DNA of 9,262 nucleotides from a virus (Duplodnaviria; Heunggongvirae; Uroviricota; Caudoviricetes): IMG/VR virus record IMGVR_UViG_2695420643_000022; one strand, 5' to 3'. Shown piece by piece: positions 1 to 6,688 of this stretch (position 1 is its first letter; each line of letters starts with the position of its first letter). The notes under the pieces were generated by a model. It saw only the letters and a program-made list of their open reading frames with translations, ran no database searches and was not told where the DNA came from. The position numbers and the translations under genes were made by a program.

Positions 1-37
1 GACGGACTTCGGGGGAAAAACGAGTATTTTTAGTCAT
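1..37 (-). CDS. IS3-family transposase OrfA, N-terminal 12 codons only (partial)
   Basis: Minus-strand translation from ATG at 37: MTKNTRFSPEVR..., which I recall as the IS629/IS3411 OrfA N-terminus. SD AGAGG lies about 8 nt upstream. Confidence 0.55.
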   Translation of the reverse strand, partial: MTKNTRFSPEVR

Positions 38-91
38 CCTGTTTACCTCTTTCTCAGGGAGTTTAGTCTCCAGGATTTCCGGGGCGGTTCA
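1..91 (-). mobile_element. Left end of an IS3-family insertion sequence (IS629-like), partial; the element continues leftward out of the window
   Basis: Minus strand reads TGAACCGCCCCGGAAATCC...GAGAAAGAGGTAAACAGG-ATG: a terminal inverted repeat starting 5'-TGA, an SD-like AGAGG, then an ATG at 37. This matches my recollection of the IS629 left end; not verified by alignment. Confidence 0.6.
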
Positions 92-643
92 TAACTGTGG
101 AATTGCTTCCGCATATATCGCCGCATACTGTTCATCGGTGATGTAAACAGTGCGGGCTTTAAGAGAGAATTTTCTGACTCCTTTGCATGGGTTATTCTTC
201 ACATACCCACGCTCATATCCCCACCCGTATACTCGACTCAGGCTTGCCAGTTCATGATTTGCCTGGGTCTTGCTCTCAAGCCCTCGTTTATCCATGAAAA
301 TTCTTACCTGCTCAGTTTTGACATTATCAGCAAGCACTTTTCCGAATACCATCAGCAACGCCTTCTGATGTTGTCGATAATCTTTTTGGGTTCGGGGGGC
401 CAGTTCTGTAAATGCAGGGGAGTCCATAAACATGTGCCACAATTTAGCTACGGTCATTATGTTGTGGAGTTTTGCTTTTTCCAGTTCATAATTTTGCCAG
501 ACTTTAGCTACGCTGGTTTTCCGCACTCTTCCTAGCCCTATACTTCTTGTACTTCCTTCGGGTTTCCACACGTAACTGTAACCATTCGATCTAACCCGCG
601 GTGGCAGTACATTATCTTTTTTATTTTTTCTTGGTCTTCCCAT
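89..643 (-). pseudogene. int: Lambda-type tyrosine integrase, N-terminal 184 codons only; truncated by the IS insertion, catalytic domain absent
   Basis: N-terminus MGRPRK..LPPRV..NGYSYVWKP..GLGRVR resembles the lambda Int arm-binding region. The ORF ends at ...YITDEQYAAIYAEAIPQL, about where the catalytic domain would begin. The TGA stop (89-91) is the first three bases of the IS terminal repeat. Confidence 0.65.
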
Positions 644-863
644 TGTTCAGCGCCTCAAAATCGGGTTCAGCAGAAACCAGTTCAGATGTTTTTGGCATCG
701 TTGTCAGACCGTGTGGAATATCCCTGCGGAGAACTATGGGTTCGTTTTTAGGGCCGATTACAAATGGGATGCCGTGCAGTCTTAACTGGTGTTGCTGTTT
801 TGTGTATCGCTCGTATTTCGTGATCTCTTTAATCTCTGCTGGAGATAGAGTTAATTCGTACAT
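621..863 (-). CDS. xis: Excisionase (Xis-like), 80 aa
   Basis: MYELTLSPAEIKEI...NGKTKKK: small basic protein that starts MY.LTL like lambda Xis and overlaps the int start by 23 nt, as in lambda. Start taken at the internal ATG (861-863), just downstream of the upstream gene's stop; its RBS is weak. Confidence 0.6.
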   Translation of the reverse strand: MYELTLSPAEIKEITKYERYTKQQHQLRLHGIPFVIGPKNEPIVLRRDIPHGLTTMPKTSELVSAEPDFEALNNGKTKKK

Positions 864-930
864 GTGGTCACGTGCCTTTACAGCATGACCGCCGCCACTA
901 TAGCTGGTGGGCGGCGATATGGGTTGAACA

Positions 931-1473
931 TCAAAAATCAGCCTGACTCGGGAGCAGTTTTTGCCAGATGGCTGAAACGTATTTCGCCTGGTAACGTGCA
1001 TCGTTCAGAGCGTTATGGCGTTCACCTTCGAATGGAATAGTCGTTCTTGCGTCGAAATCCATCACCAGTCCCAGAGCAACCATCGTTCTTACATCGCGAT
1101 CATTGGTGTAACGCCATGGGCAGGGGATCCCCTGCCGTTCATATGAACGGCGTAAAATCACGTTGTCGAAAGTTGCACCGTTACCCCAGACCTGAACAAA
1201 AAATTCACCGGAGTTTTCGTCGATAAATTCCCGTAATTGCAGCAGTGCATCATCTAACGGGATTTCATCGGTAAGAATGGCGGATTGCGCTTCGCGTGAC
1301 TGTTTCAGCCACCACTTAATGGTGTCCCGATCAATGACTCCGCCAGCAGTTTCCAGATCGATAGTTTTGCTGAATTCTGGCCCCATCTCTCCGGTTTGCG
1401 GATCGAAAAATATTGCACCTATTGAGATAATCGGGGCATCAGGATTTTTTCCCATTGTTTCAAGGTCAATCAT
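931..1473 (-). other. DEDDh (DnaQ/RNase T-like) 3'-5' exonuclease domain within the large exonuclease gene
   Basis: Motifs DxE (HLMIDLETMG, codons at 1450-1473), N..FD (VWGNGATFDNVIL) and H-x4-D (ERHNALNDARY) in correct order and spacing. Confidence 0.7.
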
Positions 1474-3402
1474 CAGATGGTGCCACAACCTGCTGGTGGA
1501 TGAGATTTCATGATGACCGTTCACTTTAATTAAGGGATTTGCTGTTTCGCCAGTTTTATTATCGCTGGCGTGATACTGATCGCTGCCAGTGTTCTCCTTG
1601 TGCAGATGTTCAGTGCCTTCCATTTCCTCCGGATCATTTTTCTGAGCTTCAGCCTGATTCTCTTCATCGAATGTTTCCAGGTAGGTTGCGTTCCCCATCA
1701 CCGCACCACAGTCAGGACAGTTGCCGCCACCGGTCTGACCGCATGCGGTGCAAACTTTTTCCCGTTCCTGTTGCACTGCTGGTTCTGGTTGTTGTTCTTC
1801 TGGCCCGTTTTGTTGCGTATCCGGGCTGTTTTGTTCCGCTTCTGGCTCATTTTGTTTCACGTTGGGCTGATTCTGGTCCTCAGCGTCGCGACTCTGGATC
1901 CCTTTCACCCATTTCGGATCATTCGGGTCGCTAATCCCTTCAACAAATTCACCACGTGATGCAGCAAGCAATTTATCGGCGTCAGGCTGGCTGATATTGG
2001 CTGCCTGCATAATTTTGTTTACTTCGTCAGCGGTAACTTTTACCGGCTCTGATTGTTCGGAATCTTCAGCGGTATCCACATTTTGCGGTAAGCCCGTGTA
2101 TGTGCCATTTTTTCGGGCAAAATATTCTTCTTTTGAGATTTCGGTACCGCCGGCAGCCAGCGCCTTGTCCAGACCAGAAAGTTTGTTTGCCCTGCCGTAT
2201 TTTTCCCCGCCCTTATCGGTAAAGACGAAATAAAATGGTCCTTCACGCTCTACAGATGGTTCAGCTTCCACCAGGATTTCATTTTTTTGAGTATCGGATT
2301 CTGCCGTCTCCACTGGAGCAGTTTGTGCTGCTGACGGCTGGAGAGCATCAGTAGAGCTCTGGTCTGTTTCTTCATGTTCAAACACGCCCTTTGTCGTCAG
2401 GTATTCACTGATATATTTGTTCAGTGCAACGGGATCTTTGTGAATATCGATCGGACGTTCGCGAACAAGGCCAAAAATAGTCTGACGGTCATAGCCAAGT
2501 GCTTCGGGCTGTTTGCGCATTGATGCTGAGATACGCTTCCAGTCTTCGCGATCCTTGTCGATAACCTCATTTGTCGCCCAGCGATGGATGGTACCGTCAA
2601 TGTTTCCTGCATCCACATCACCGGGCCAGAGGGCGCAGGCCAGTTCATTGTCGAGTGTTTTCCATGTCTGTTTGTATTCGCGGCGAATGGCAACAGTGAC
2701 AGCCCCGGTTTTTTCAGCAGCGTTTTCAGTGTTCTGTTGGTTGACTCTGGCGCGGGTGAGATCAACAACAGACGTGTATTTTCCGGTTTCCTTGCGTTCA
2801 CCTTCGCGACGTTTTTTCCAGATGCGCATCTCTGCCTGAATTTCAGGCCATTTAGCGCCAGGCTCACATTTATGCTTAACCCACCCGATGGCATGCAGTT
2901 TAAGTTCAGGATACATGGCGTTAACTTCTGGCATTTTCATCAACGCTTCAACGATATGTCCGCCGAATGTTGCCATGTCTTCCTGTAGTAATTCCTGTGC
3001 GCTAATCACCATATCAACGGTGATGTTTTCGCATGTGTCGAATTTAACCAGGACTGCGTTCTGTACTTCAGGGGACAGCTTGTCAAAATTGACGTTCATC
3101 GGATCGGATTCTGGTTCGACCGGCACAAAGGAAGCTGACTCCTCATCCCAGCGGTTTTCCTGCATATATTCGGTATCCCAGGAATCGAGGGCAGGGCGGG
3201 GTATGCCGGGTTTATCCTCGCAGACAATAAATTTATAAGCGCAGTCCTGAGCTGCCGGGAATTGCTCCAGAAATTGCCAGTGAAATTTTGCGCGTGCGCG
3301 ACGCTCATCACCGGCTTCAATGGCAGTGGCCACCGCAACAGCGCTATCTTCTTTTATGGCCTGTTCGTCAGGAATAGCAGCGCAAATAAAGATTTTACTC
3401 AT
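931..3402 (-). CDS. Exodeoxyribonuclease VIII-like recombination exonuclease, 823 aa: N-terminal domain, long acidic/Q-rich low-complexity linker, Cys4 zinc ribbon, C-terminal DEDDh 3'-5' exonuclease domain
   Basis: C-terminal ~180 aa carry the DnaQ-like motifs MIDLETMG (Exo I), WGNGATFDN (Exo II) and HNALNDARYQ (Exo III, DEDDh). Zinc ribbon CTACGQTGGGNCPDCG. SD GAGG upstream of ATG at 3402. The exoVIII label is from memory of similarly sized lambdoid prophage proteins. Confidence 0.75.
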   Translation of the reverse strand: MSKIFICAAIPDEQAIKEDSAVAVATAIEAGDERRARAKFHWQFLEQFPAAQDCAYKFIVCEDKPGIPRPALDSWDTEYMQENRWDEESASFVPVEPESDPMNVNFDKLSPEVQNAVLVKFDTCENITVDMVISAQELLQEDMATFGGHIVEALMKMPEVNAMYPELKLHAIGWVKHKCEPGAKWPEIQAEMRIWKKRREGERKETGKYTSVVDLTRARVNQQNTENAAEKTGAVTVAIRREYKQTWKTLDNELACALWPGDVDAGNIDGTIHRWATNEVIDKDREDWKRISASMRKQPEALGYDRQTIFGLVRERPIDIHKDPVALNKYISEYLTTKGVFEHEETDQSSTDALQPSAAQTAPVETAESDTQKNEILVEAEPSVEREGPFYFVFTDKGGEKYGRANKLSGLDKALAAGGTEISKEEYFARKNGTYTGLPQNVDTAEDSEQSEPVKVTADEVNKIMQAANISQPDADKLLAASRGEFVEGISDPNDPKWVKGIQSRDAEDQNQPNVKQNEPEAEQNSPDTQQNGPEEQQPEPAVQQEREKVCTACGQTGGGNCPDCGAVMGNATYLETFDEENQAEAQKNDPEEMEGTEHLHKENTGSDQYHASDNKTGETANPLIKVNGHHEISSTSRLWHHLMIDLETMGKNPDAPIISIGAIFFDPQTGEMGPEFSKTIDLETAGGVIDRDTIKWWLKQSREAQSAILTDEIPLDDALLQLREFIDENSGEFFVQVWGNGATFDNVILRRSYERQGIPCPWRYTNDRDVRTMVALGLVMDFDARTTIPFEGERHNALNDARYQAKYVSAIWQKLLPSQADF

Positions 3403-3495
3403 TGTGTTTTAACCTCATTACAGATTTAAGGGTGAACAAATCCCTGCCATTGCTGGCATATAAAAATGAAACCGGATATTAATTACGGTGCTGTT

Positions 3496-3687
3496 TTAAA
3501 GTCCTGCCGGTATTTCGTTATTATTAGTGTGAGTAGTTTTATCTACCGGATAACAGTTACCGGGAATTTTTTGTTCTGCTGCTGCAGCCATGCATTCTTT
3601 CATTGAACCGTATAAGCCAGTCACCAGCTCAAGAGATTCGCCGGAAACAAGATAAACTGTCAGAACGAGTGCAAATGTTGTATTCAT
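3496..3687 (-). CDS. Small hypothetical protein, 63 aa, with hydrophobic N-terminal segment (possible small membrane or secreted protein)
   Basis: MNTTFALVLTVYLVSGESL... hydrophobic stretch; SD AAGGA upstream; its ATG overlaps the TGA of the upstream gene (ATGA), indicating translational coupling. Confidence 0.5.
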   Translation of the reverse strand: MNTTFALVLTVYLVSGESLELVTGLYGSMKECMAAAAEQKIPGNCYPVDKTTHTNNNEIPAGL

Positions 3688-3872
3688 TGTTTATATCCTT
3701 TTTGCAGCAGGTCCAGACGAGCCAGCATTGAAGGAATGCATACTTCATTTAACAGGTCCTGCTCGAGTTTTCTCTGCTTAATGGCGTCTTCAATAAATGT
3801 TTTGTCTCCAGTGATAACGCCAATTTCGAAACGAAGTTCAGACGTGCTGGCATTACATGATAACTTTTCCAT
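3684..3872 (-). CDS. Small hypothetical early protein, 62 aa
   Basis: Start chosen at internal ATG 3870-3872, preceded by SD GAGGA at about 8 nt. The longer track ORF begins with TTG at 3980, has no RBS, and its N-terminal extension does not look protein-like. Confidence 0.5.
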   Translation of the reverse strand: MEKLSCNASTSELRFEIGVITGDKTFIEDAIKQRKLEQDLLNEVCIPSMLARLDLLQKGYKQ

Positions 3873-4445
3873 TATCGCGTCCTCAACAATGAATTTTGTG
3901 ATGCGGTGCCTGGTGCCTCCAGGTGACGTTAACCAGTTAACAATTAACGCCGGATACAGAGCATTCTCGTTACTCAGCAAATGACCGCTTTACCGATTTA
4001 ACTGTTCCGCGTGCGCTGAGCCGCATTCACCGCATCACAAAATTCACTTTTAAAAAAGGGCGGCAGAGCAGTCACGGAGTAAAACTGATACCGCCAAATG
4101 TCACCAGAATATTGATAACAGAGGGCGTTGCAGCGGGGTTGTCACTTAAGCGTATGGTCAACCTGACAACCCGGTGTCCTCAACGGGGAAAGAATAACCC
4201 CGCCATACTTACCGCCGCGCCATTTCGCGGATTGCCACAACCGGAAGCGCACGGTCGAATTAAATTTAACGACGGCTCTAAGGGAGAAGGACTTCGCCGT
4301 GCACTTTCGTGTTATGCCCTGACTTTTCAGGGATATATCCTTTCAGTAAACTGTCAGTGCCGGATTCTTATCTGTGTCCGGCGCACGACCACACGTAGCA
4401 GCGTGTTGGTCTCCATTTTTAATTCAGCCCTTAATGGAGGATAAA

Positions 4446-4631
4446 ATGCCAAACAAACCATGCCCTGCCTGTAACGCTCTTTCTGGCTTTTTAGAGAAGG
4501 GCGGTTATTACATTTTTAACTGTCCAGAACATGTTGAATTTCATATATCAAAACTTGACAGTATCATTACAAAGCCAAATCAGTATCAGTCTGATTTACT
4601 GAATAAAGAGTTAAACGCCGCCCGAGATTAA
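4446..4631 (+). CDS. Small zinc-ribbon protein, 61 aa, on the strand opposite to the surrounding operon
   Basis: Strong RBS TAATGGAGGATAAA-ATG; CPAC...NCPEH (CxxC plus CxxH) metal-binding pattern: MPNKPCPACNALSGFLEKGGYYIFNCPEHVEF... Confidence 0.6.
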   Translation: MPNKPCPACNALSGFLEKGGYYIFNCPEHVEFHISKLDSIITKPNQYQSDLLNKELNAARD

Positions 4632-4668
4632 GGGCGTAGTGGCCCATTAAAAATATTGCAAAGACCAA

Positions 4669-5207
4669 CTATTGTTGAACTGGATTAAACCAGTAATTCT
4701 CTATTGCTCTTATTGTTACCATCGGATGATTGCCGGGGGTTATTTTAAGTTCGGGAGGAAAAGGCTCTCCATCAGCAGCCATCATTGAGTATGTGAAATC
4801 CGCCGACGCAGTCCCTTTCATGATAATTCCGAATTTTTCAAGTAATGAGAGCAGTTCCGGTAATCCTGTGTCATCTGAATAACTTTCCTCATAGAAAGAA
4901 GCGATTGCCGCAGGAGATGACAGTTCTCGCTCTGCAATTTTTTTGTAGTTTTCCAGAATTCTTTTTTTGAATACTTTTCCTCGACATGAAAACCCATCAC
5001 CGAGGCAATCCGCTTTGCAGTTTCTTCAGTATTCTGGTTGTTTGTTACCGAAACAGAGTACAATCCGGTAAACGCATCGCGCACATTACGAGCCATATTA
5101 TCAATGTATTTCTTCGTTGCAGATTCTAATTCAACTTCGTTCAGACGTTGGTGAAGTGCATGTGCTGCAATTTCCTGGATTTCTTTTAGTAAATCTTTAA
5201 ATTCCAT
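4669..5207 (-). pseudogene. Hypothetical 179-aa gene interrupted by a -1 frameshift at an A7 tract (pseudogene, homopolymer error, or programmed -1 frameshift)
   Basis: Frame A (129 aa) begins MEFKDLLKEIQEIAAH... with SD GGAG, but after two A7 runs (plus 4962-4968 and 4938-4944) its tail is Cys/His/Met-heavy and G-poor at codon position 1. The -1 frame continues RILENYKKIAERELSSPAAIASFYEESYSDDTGLPELLSLLEKFGIIMKGTASADF...NPVQQ and looks coding. That frame has no start codon for 47 codons upstream of its first ATG. Confidence 0.5.
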
Positions 5208-5218
5208 CTTTAACTCCG

Positions 5219-5347
5219 TTAGTCGTTAGATTTTGCCGAACTGGAAAGCGCCTGTTTAAACTCACTGAAGCTGAGAGCTTCCTCGCCTTCGGCAAGGCCT
5301 TCGAAGTATTCTTCGTAAGCCTTTTCCATGATTGTGTCGAAATCCAT
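5219..5347 (-). CDS. Small acidic hypothetical protein, 42 aa
   Basis: MDFDTIMEKAYEEYFEGLAEGEEALSFSEFKQALSSSAKSND, found by manual translation (below the ORF track size cutoff). Its ATG lies 1 nt after the TGA of the upstream 51-aa gene. Position and size resemble ydaG of Rac (tentative). Confidence 0.45.
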   Translation of the reverse strand: MDFDTIMEKAYEEYFEGLAEGEEALSFSEFKQALSSSAKSND

Positions 5348-5348
5348 A

Positions 5349-5504
5349 TCACTCACCTGAGTTTCTTTCCAGCCAGCGACGGGCACCATTTTCGGTTTTA
5401 AACGTTTTGCTTTTGGTATACGTCATCGCGGTGAATGTACCGTCCTGGTTGGGAAACACGCCGTACACCAGAGATTCGTTGTTGCCAAGATCGATAGTAT
5501 CCAT
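5349..5504 (-). CDS. Small hypothetical protein, 51 aa; first gene of the leftward operon
   Basis: Start at internal ATG 5502-5504 with SD GAGGT 5 nt upstream; MDTIDLGNNESLVYGVFPNQDGTFTAMTYTKSKTFKTENGARRWLERNSGE. Size and position are like ydaF of Rac (tentative). Confidence 0.5.
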   Translation of the reverse strand: MDTIDLGNNESLVYGVFPNQDGTFTAMTYTKSKTFKTENGARRWLERNSGE

Positions 5505-5685
5505 GTTGACCTCATTTCCCCTTAACGCCGGGTAGCGGAACAAAAACCTGCTGCATAGTTATTAAAGTTGAACCCTGCCGTCATGTTCATACGCCTCGGG
5601 CTGGCTACTTACCCCCTGACCACTGCTTGGTAACTCGAAGTATTGCCCGGCGTTCTGTGGGGCGGGGTGGGTGGTTGGTGTATGT

Positions 5686-5715
5686 AATCTACAATTAAAA
5701 ACTGTTTTGTGTCAA
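5686..5715 (-). promoter_or_regulatory. Candidate sigma70 leftward early promoter (pL-like): -35 TTGACA, 18-bp spacer, -10 TAGATT
   Basis: Minus strand reads TTGACA-caaaacagtttttaattg-TAGATT. It sits just downstream of the terminator of the upstream operon and overlaps the 39-bp palindromic operator. Confidence 0.45.
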
Positions 5716-5729
5716 CAGTTTTTAATTGT
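5691..5729. promoter_or_regulatory. 39-bp palindromic operator (O-left): ACAATTAAAAACTGT - 9 bp - ACAGTTTTTAATTGT
   Basis: Perfect 15-bp inverted repeat arms (extendable to 16 bp). Nearly identical to the palindrome at 6725-6763, differing at one position per arm. Confidence 0.6.
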
Positions 5730-5739
5730 TGTTTTGGGC

Positions 5740-5762
5740 AAAAAAATCCCTCGAAAGAGGGA
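5740..5762 (-). terminator. Rho-independent terminator ending the regulator-antitoxin-toxin operon
   Basis: Minus strand: TCCCTC-TTTC-GAGGGA followed by TTTTTTT, about 20 nt after the toxin stop codon. Confidence 0.6.
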
Positions 5763-5780
5763 GTATGAAAATTGTTCAAC

Positions 5781-6068
5781 TCAGATAGAGAAGGGAAATT
5801 GTCGCCGAGAATGTGTCACGCTTACAATCTCAATGCTTGAAGCAGCTACTCTGTACAGGATTATGTAGTTAGGGTGGGTCACGATCTCTCTCAATCCAGA
5901 AACCCGTTCGCTTGGTGGATATAAGTACGGATGCTCAGATAGAGGTAATACCGATGTTTCAATGCGTATTTTTAGTCTACGTGCTGCCGGTGGGTTCTCC
6001 TTGGCGATGTAAGTTATGATCTGGCGCAAATCATCGCGAGCAGACGGTAGCCATAAAATGGGTAACAT
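5781..6068 (-). CDS. parE2: ParE/RelE-family type II toxin, 95 aa
   Basis: MLPILWLPSARDDLRQIITYIAKENPPAARRL...EIVTHPNYIILYRV...: typical ParE/RelE size and motifs. Its ATG overlaps the antitoxin stop (TAATG). Symbol by analogy to the E. coli O157 paaR2-paaA2-parE2 system, from memory. Confidence 0.7.
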   Translation of the reverse strand: MLPILWLPSARDDLRQIITYIAKENPPAARRLKIRIETSVLPLSEHPYLYPPSERVSGLREIVTHPNYIILYRVAASSIEIVSVTHSRRQFPFSI

Positions 6069-6259
6069 TACTCGCTCTTGTTAGTTACAGCAATTTGAGC
6101 AATAAGATTTTCCATTTCAGCCATTACCTCGTCATGTGGAATTGCGGGGCGAGTGTCTGCAAGGCTTGACGTTACTTTAGTGCGCAACCATTCGTTGTAA
6201 CTGTTTTCTTGTTCGGTAGTTTCGAATTCTGAAACTATCGGAGAAAGGGCTGTACCCAT
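6068..6259 (-). CDS. paaA2: Small antitoxin, 63 aa, PaaA2-like
   Basis: MGTALSPIVSEFETTEQENSYNEWLRTKVTSSLADTRPAIPHDEV...: matches my recollection of PaaA2 (EFET.EQENSYNEWLR motif, 63 aa). Strong SD GAGGAG; immediately upstream of and coupled to the toxin. Confidence 0.65.
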   Translation of the reverse strand: MGTALSPIVSEFETTEQENSYNEWLRTKVTSSLADTRPAIPHDEVMAEMENLIAQIAVTNKSE

Positions 6260-6286
6260 GGCATAACTCCTCTTCTTGTACTGTGG

Positions 6287-6688
6287 TCACGCCCGGCGGC
6301 TTTTTTGTGCCGCCAGCCACCTAGCAATGGTTTCTTCCATTGATTTTTTCTTGTCTTTGATTTCTTGAAGCATTTTTTCTTGGTCTTCCTCAGGAAACGC
6401 ACTAAAAGCTTGGAGCAGTTCGCGTTGGCGAGGACCAATTTTCATCGTGTCAGGGGTGAAAATTTGCTCACACTCTTCAGGAGGCAATAAAAACCAATGC
6501 AATGGATGCCCTGAAACCTCAACCAGTTTATCCAAACTTGAGGCTTTAGGTGTAGCCTTACCGCTGACCCATTGTTGAACAGTTTGTTGTGTCACACCAA
6601 TTCTACGGGCAAGCTCAGCCTGGCTCCATCCAGTTTCCTGAAGAAGCTTGCTGATTCTGTACATAGATACTTCTAGGGCGCTCATCAT
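6287..6688 (-). CDS. paaR2: HTH (XRE/DicA-like) transcriptional regulator, 133 aa; likely the CI-like repressor of this prophage and regulator of the toxin-antitoxin operon
   Basis: HTH segment SQAELARRIGVTQQTVQQWVSGK; C-terminal region resembles DicA; first gene of the three-gene operon. A -10-like TAAAAT lies 6 nt upstream of the ATG, suggesting a leaderless transcript as for lambda cI from pRM. Confidence 0.6.
   Translation of the reverse strand: MMSALEVSMYRISKLLQETGWSQAELARRIGVTQQTVQQWVSGKATPKASSLDKLVEVSGHPLHWFLLPPEECEQIFTPDTMKIGPRQRELLQAFSAFPEEDQEKMLQEIKDKKKSMEETIARWLAAQKSRRA

Noticed and set aside
254-888. Plus-strand ORFs 254..535 and 601..888 (93 and 95 aa)
   Set aside because: They lie antisense to the integrase and excisionase genes, have no RBS and low-complexity, Cys/Phe-rich translations; shadow ORFs.
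1277-3338. Several ORFs (60-157 aa) on both strands inside the 931..3402 exonuclease gene
   Set aside because: All are nested in or antisense to a long gene with recognisable catalytic motifs; their translations are Ser/Arg/Leu/Cys-rich and repetitive, typical of off-frame reading of the acidic linker region.
3684-3980. Long version (98 aa, TTG start at 3980) of the 62-aa gene, and the antisense ORF 3736..3984
   Set aside because: The TTG start has no RBS and the N-terminal extension is not protein-like; the internal ATG at 3872 has a GAGGA SD. The plus-strand ORF is antisense to it.
4112-4444. 110-codon plus-strand ORF in the non-coding gap
   Set aside because: TTG start, no RBS, Arg/Cys-rich translation; more likely a structured non-coding region or decayed gene (kept as a finding for the region, not as a CDS).
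4374-4631. Longer 85-aa version of the zinc-ribbon ORF
   Set aside because: The strong GGAGG RBS sits immediately before the internal ATG at 4446; the upstream extension has no RBS.
4632-4668. Possible terminator hairpin GGGCgtagtgGCCC between convergent genes
   Set aside because: Only a 4-bp stem and no U-run on either strand; too weak to call.
3981-5690. tRNA or tmRNA-like sequence (GGTCGAATT at about 4254, GGTTCAACT at about 5573)
   Set aside because: No cloverleaf could be assembled around these T-loop-like strings and there is no CCA-proximal acceptor stem; judged coincidental.
5691-5735. Reading the O-left palindrome as a plus-strand Rho-independent terminator
   Set aside because: The stem would be almost entirely A/T with a weak TGTTTTG tail, and no plus-strand gene ends nearby. 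The near-identical copy in the divergent promoter region argues for an operator instead.
5332-5868. Plus-strand ORFs 5332..5535 and 5671..5868
   Set aside because: The first is antisense to the 51-aa and 42-aa genes; the second spans the operator, terminator and toxin 3' end with no RBS. Both are spurious.
6235-6438. Minus-strand ORF 6235..6438 (67 aa)
   Set aside because: An alternative frame overlapping the regulator 3' end and antitoxin start; Lys/Arg-rich off-frame translation.
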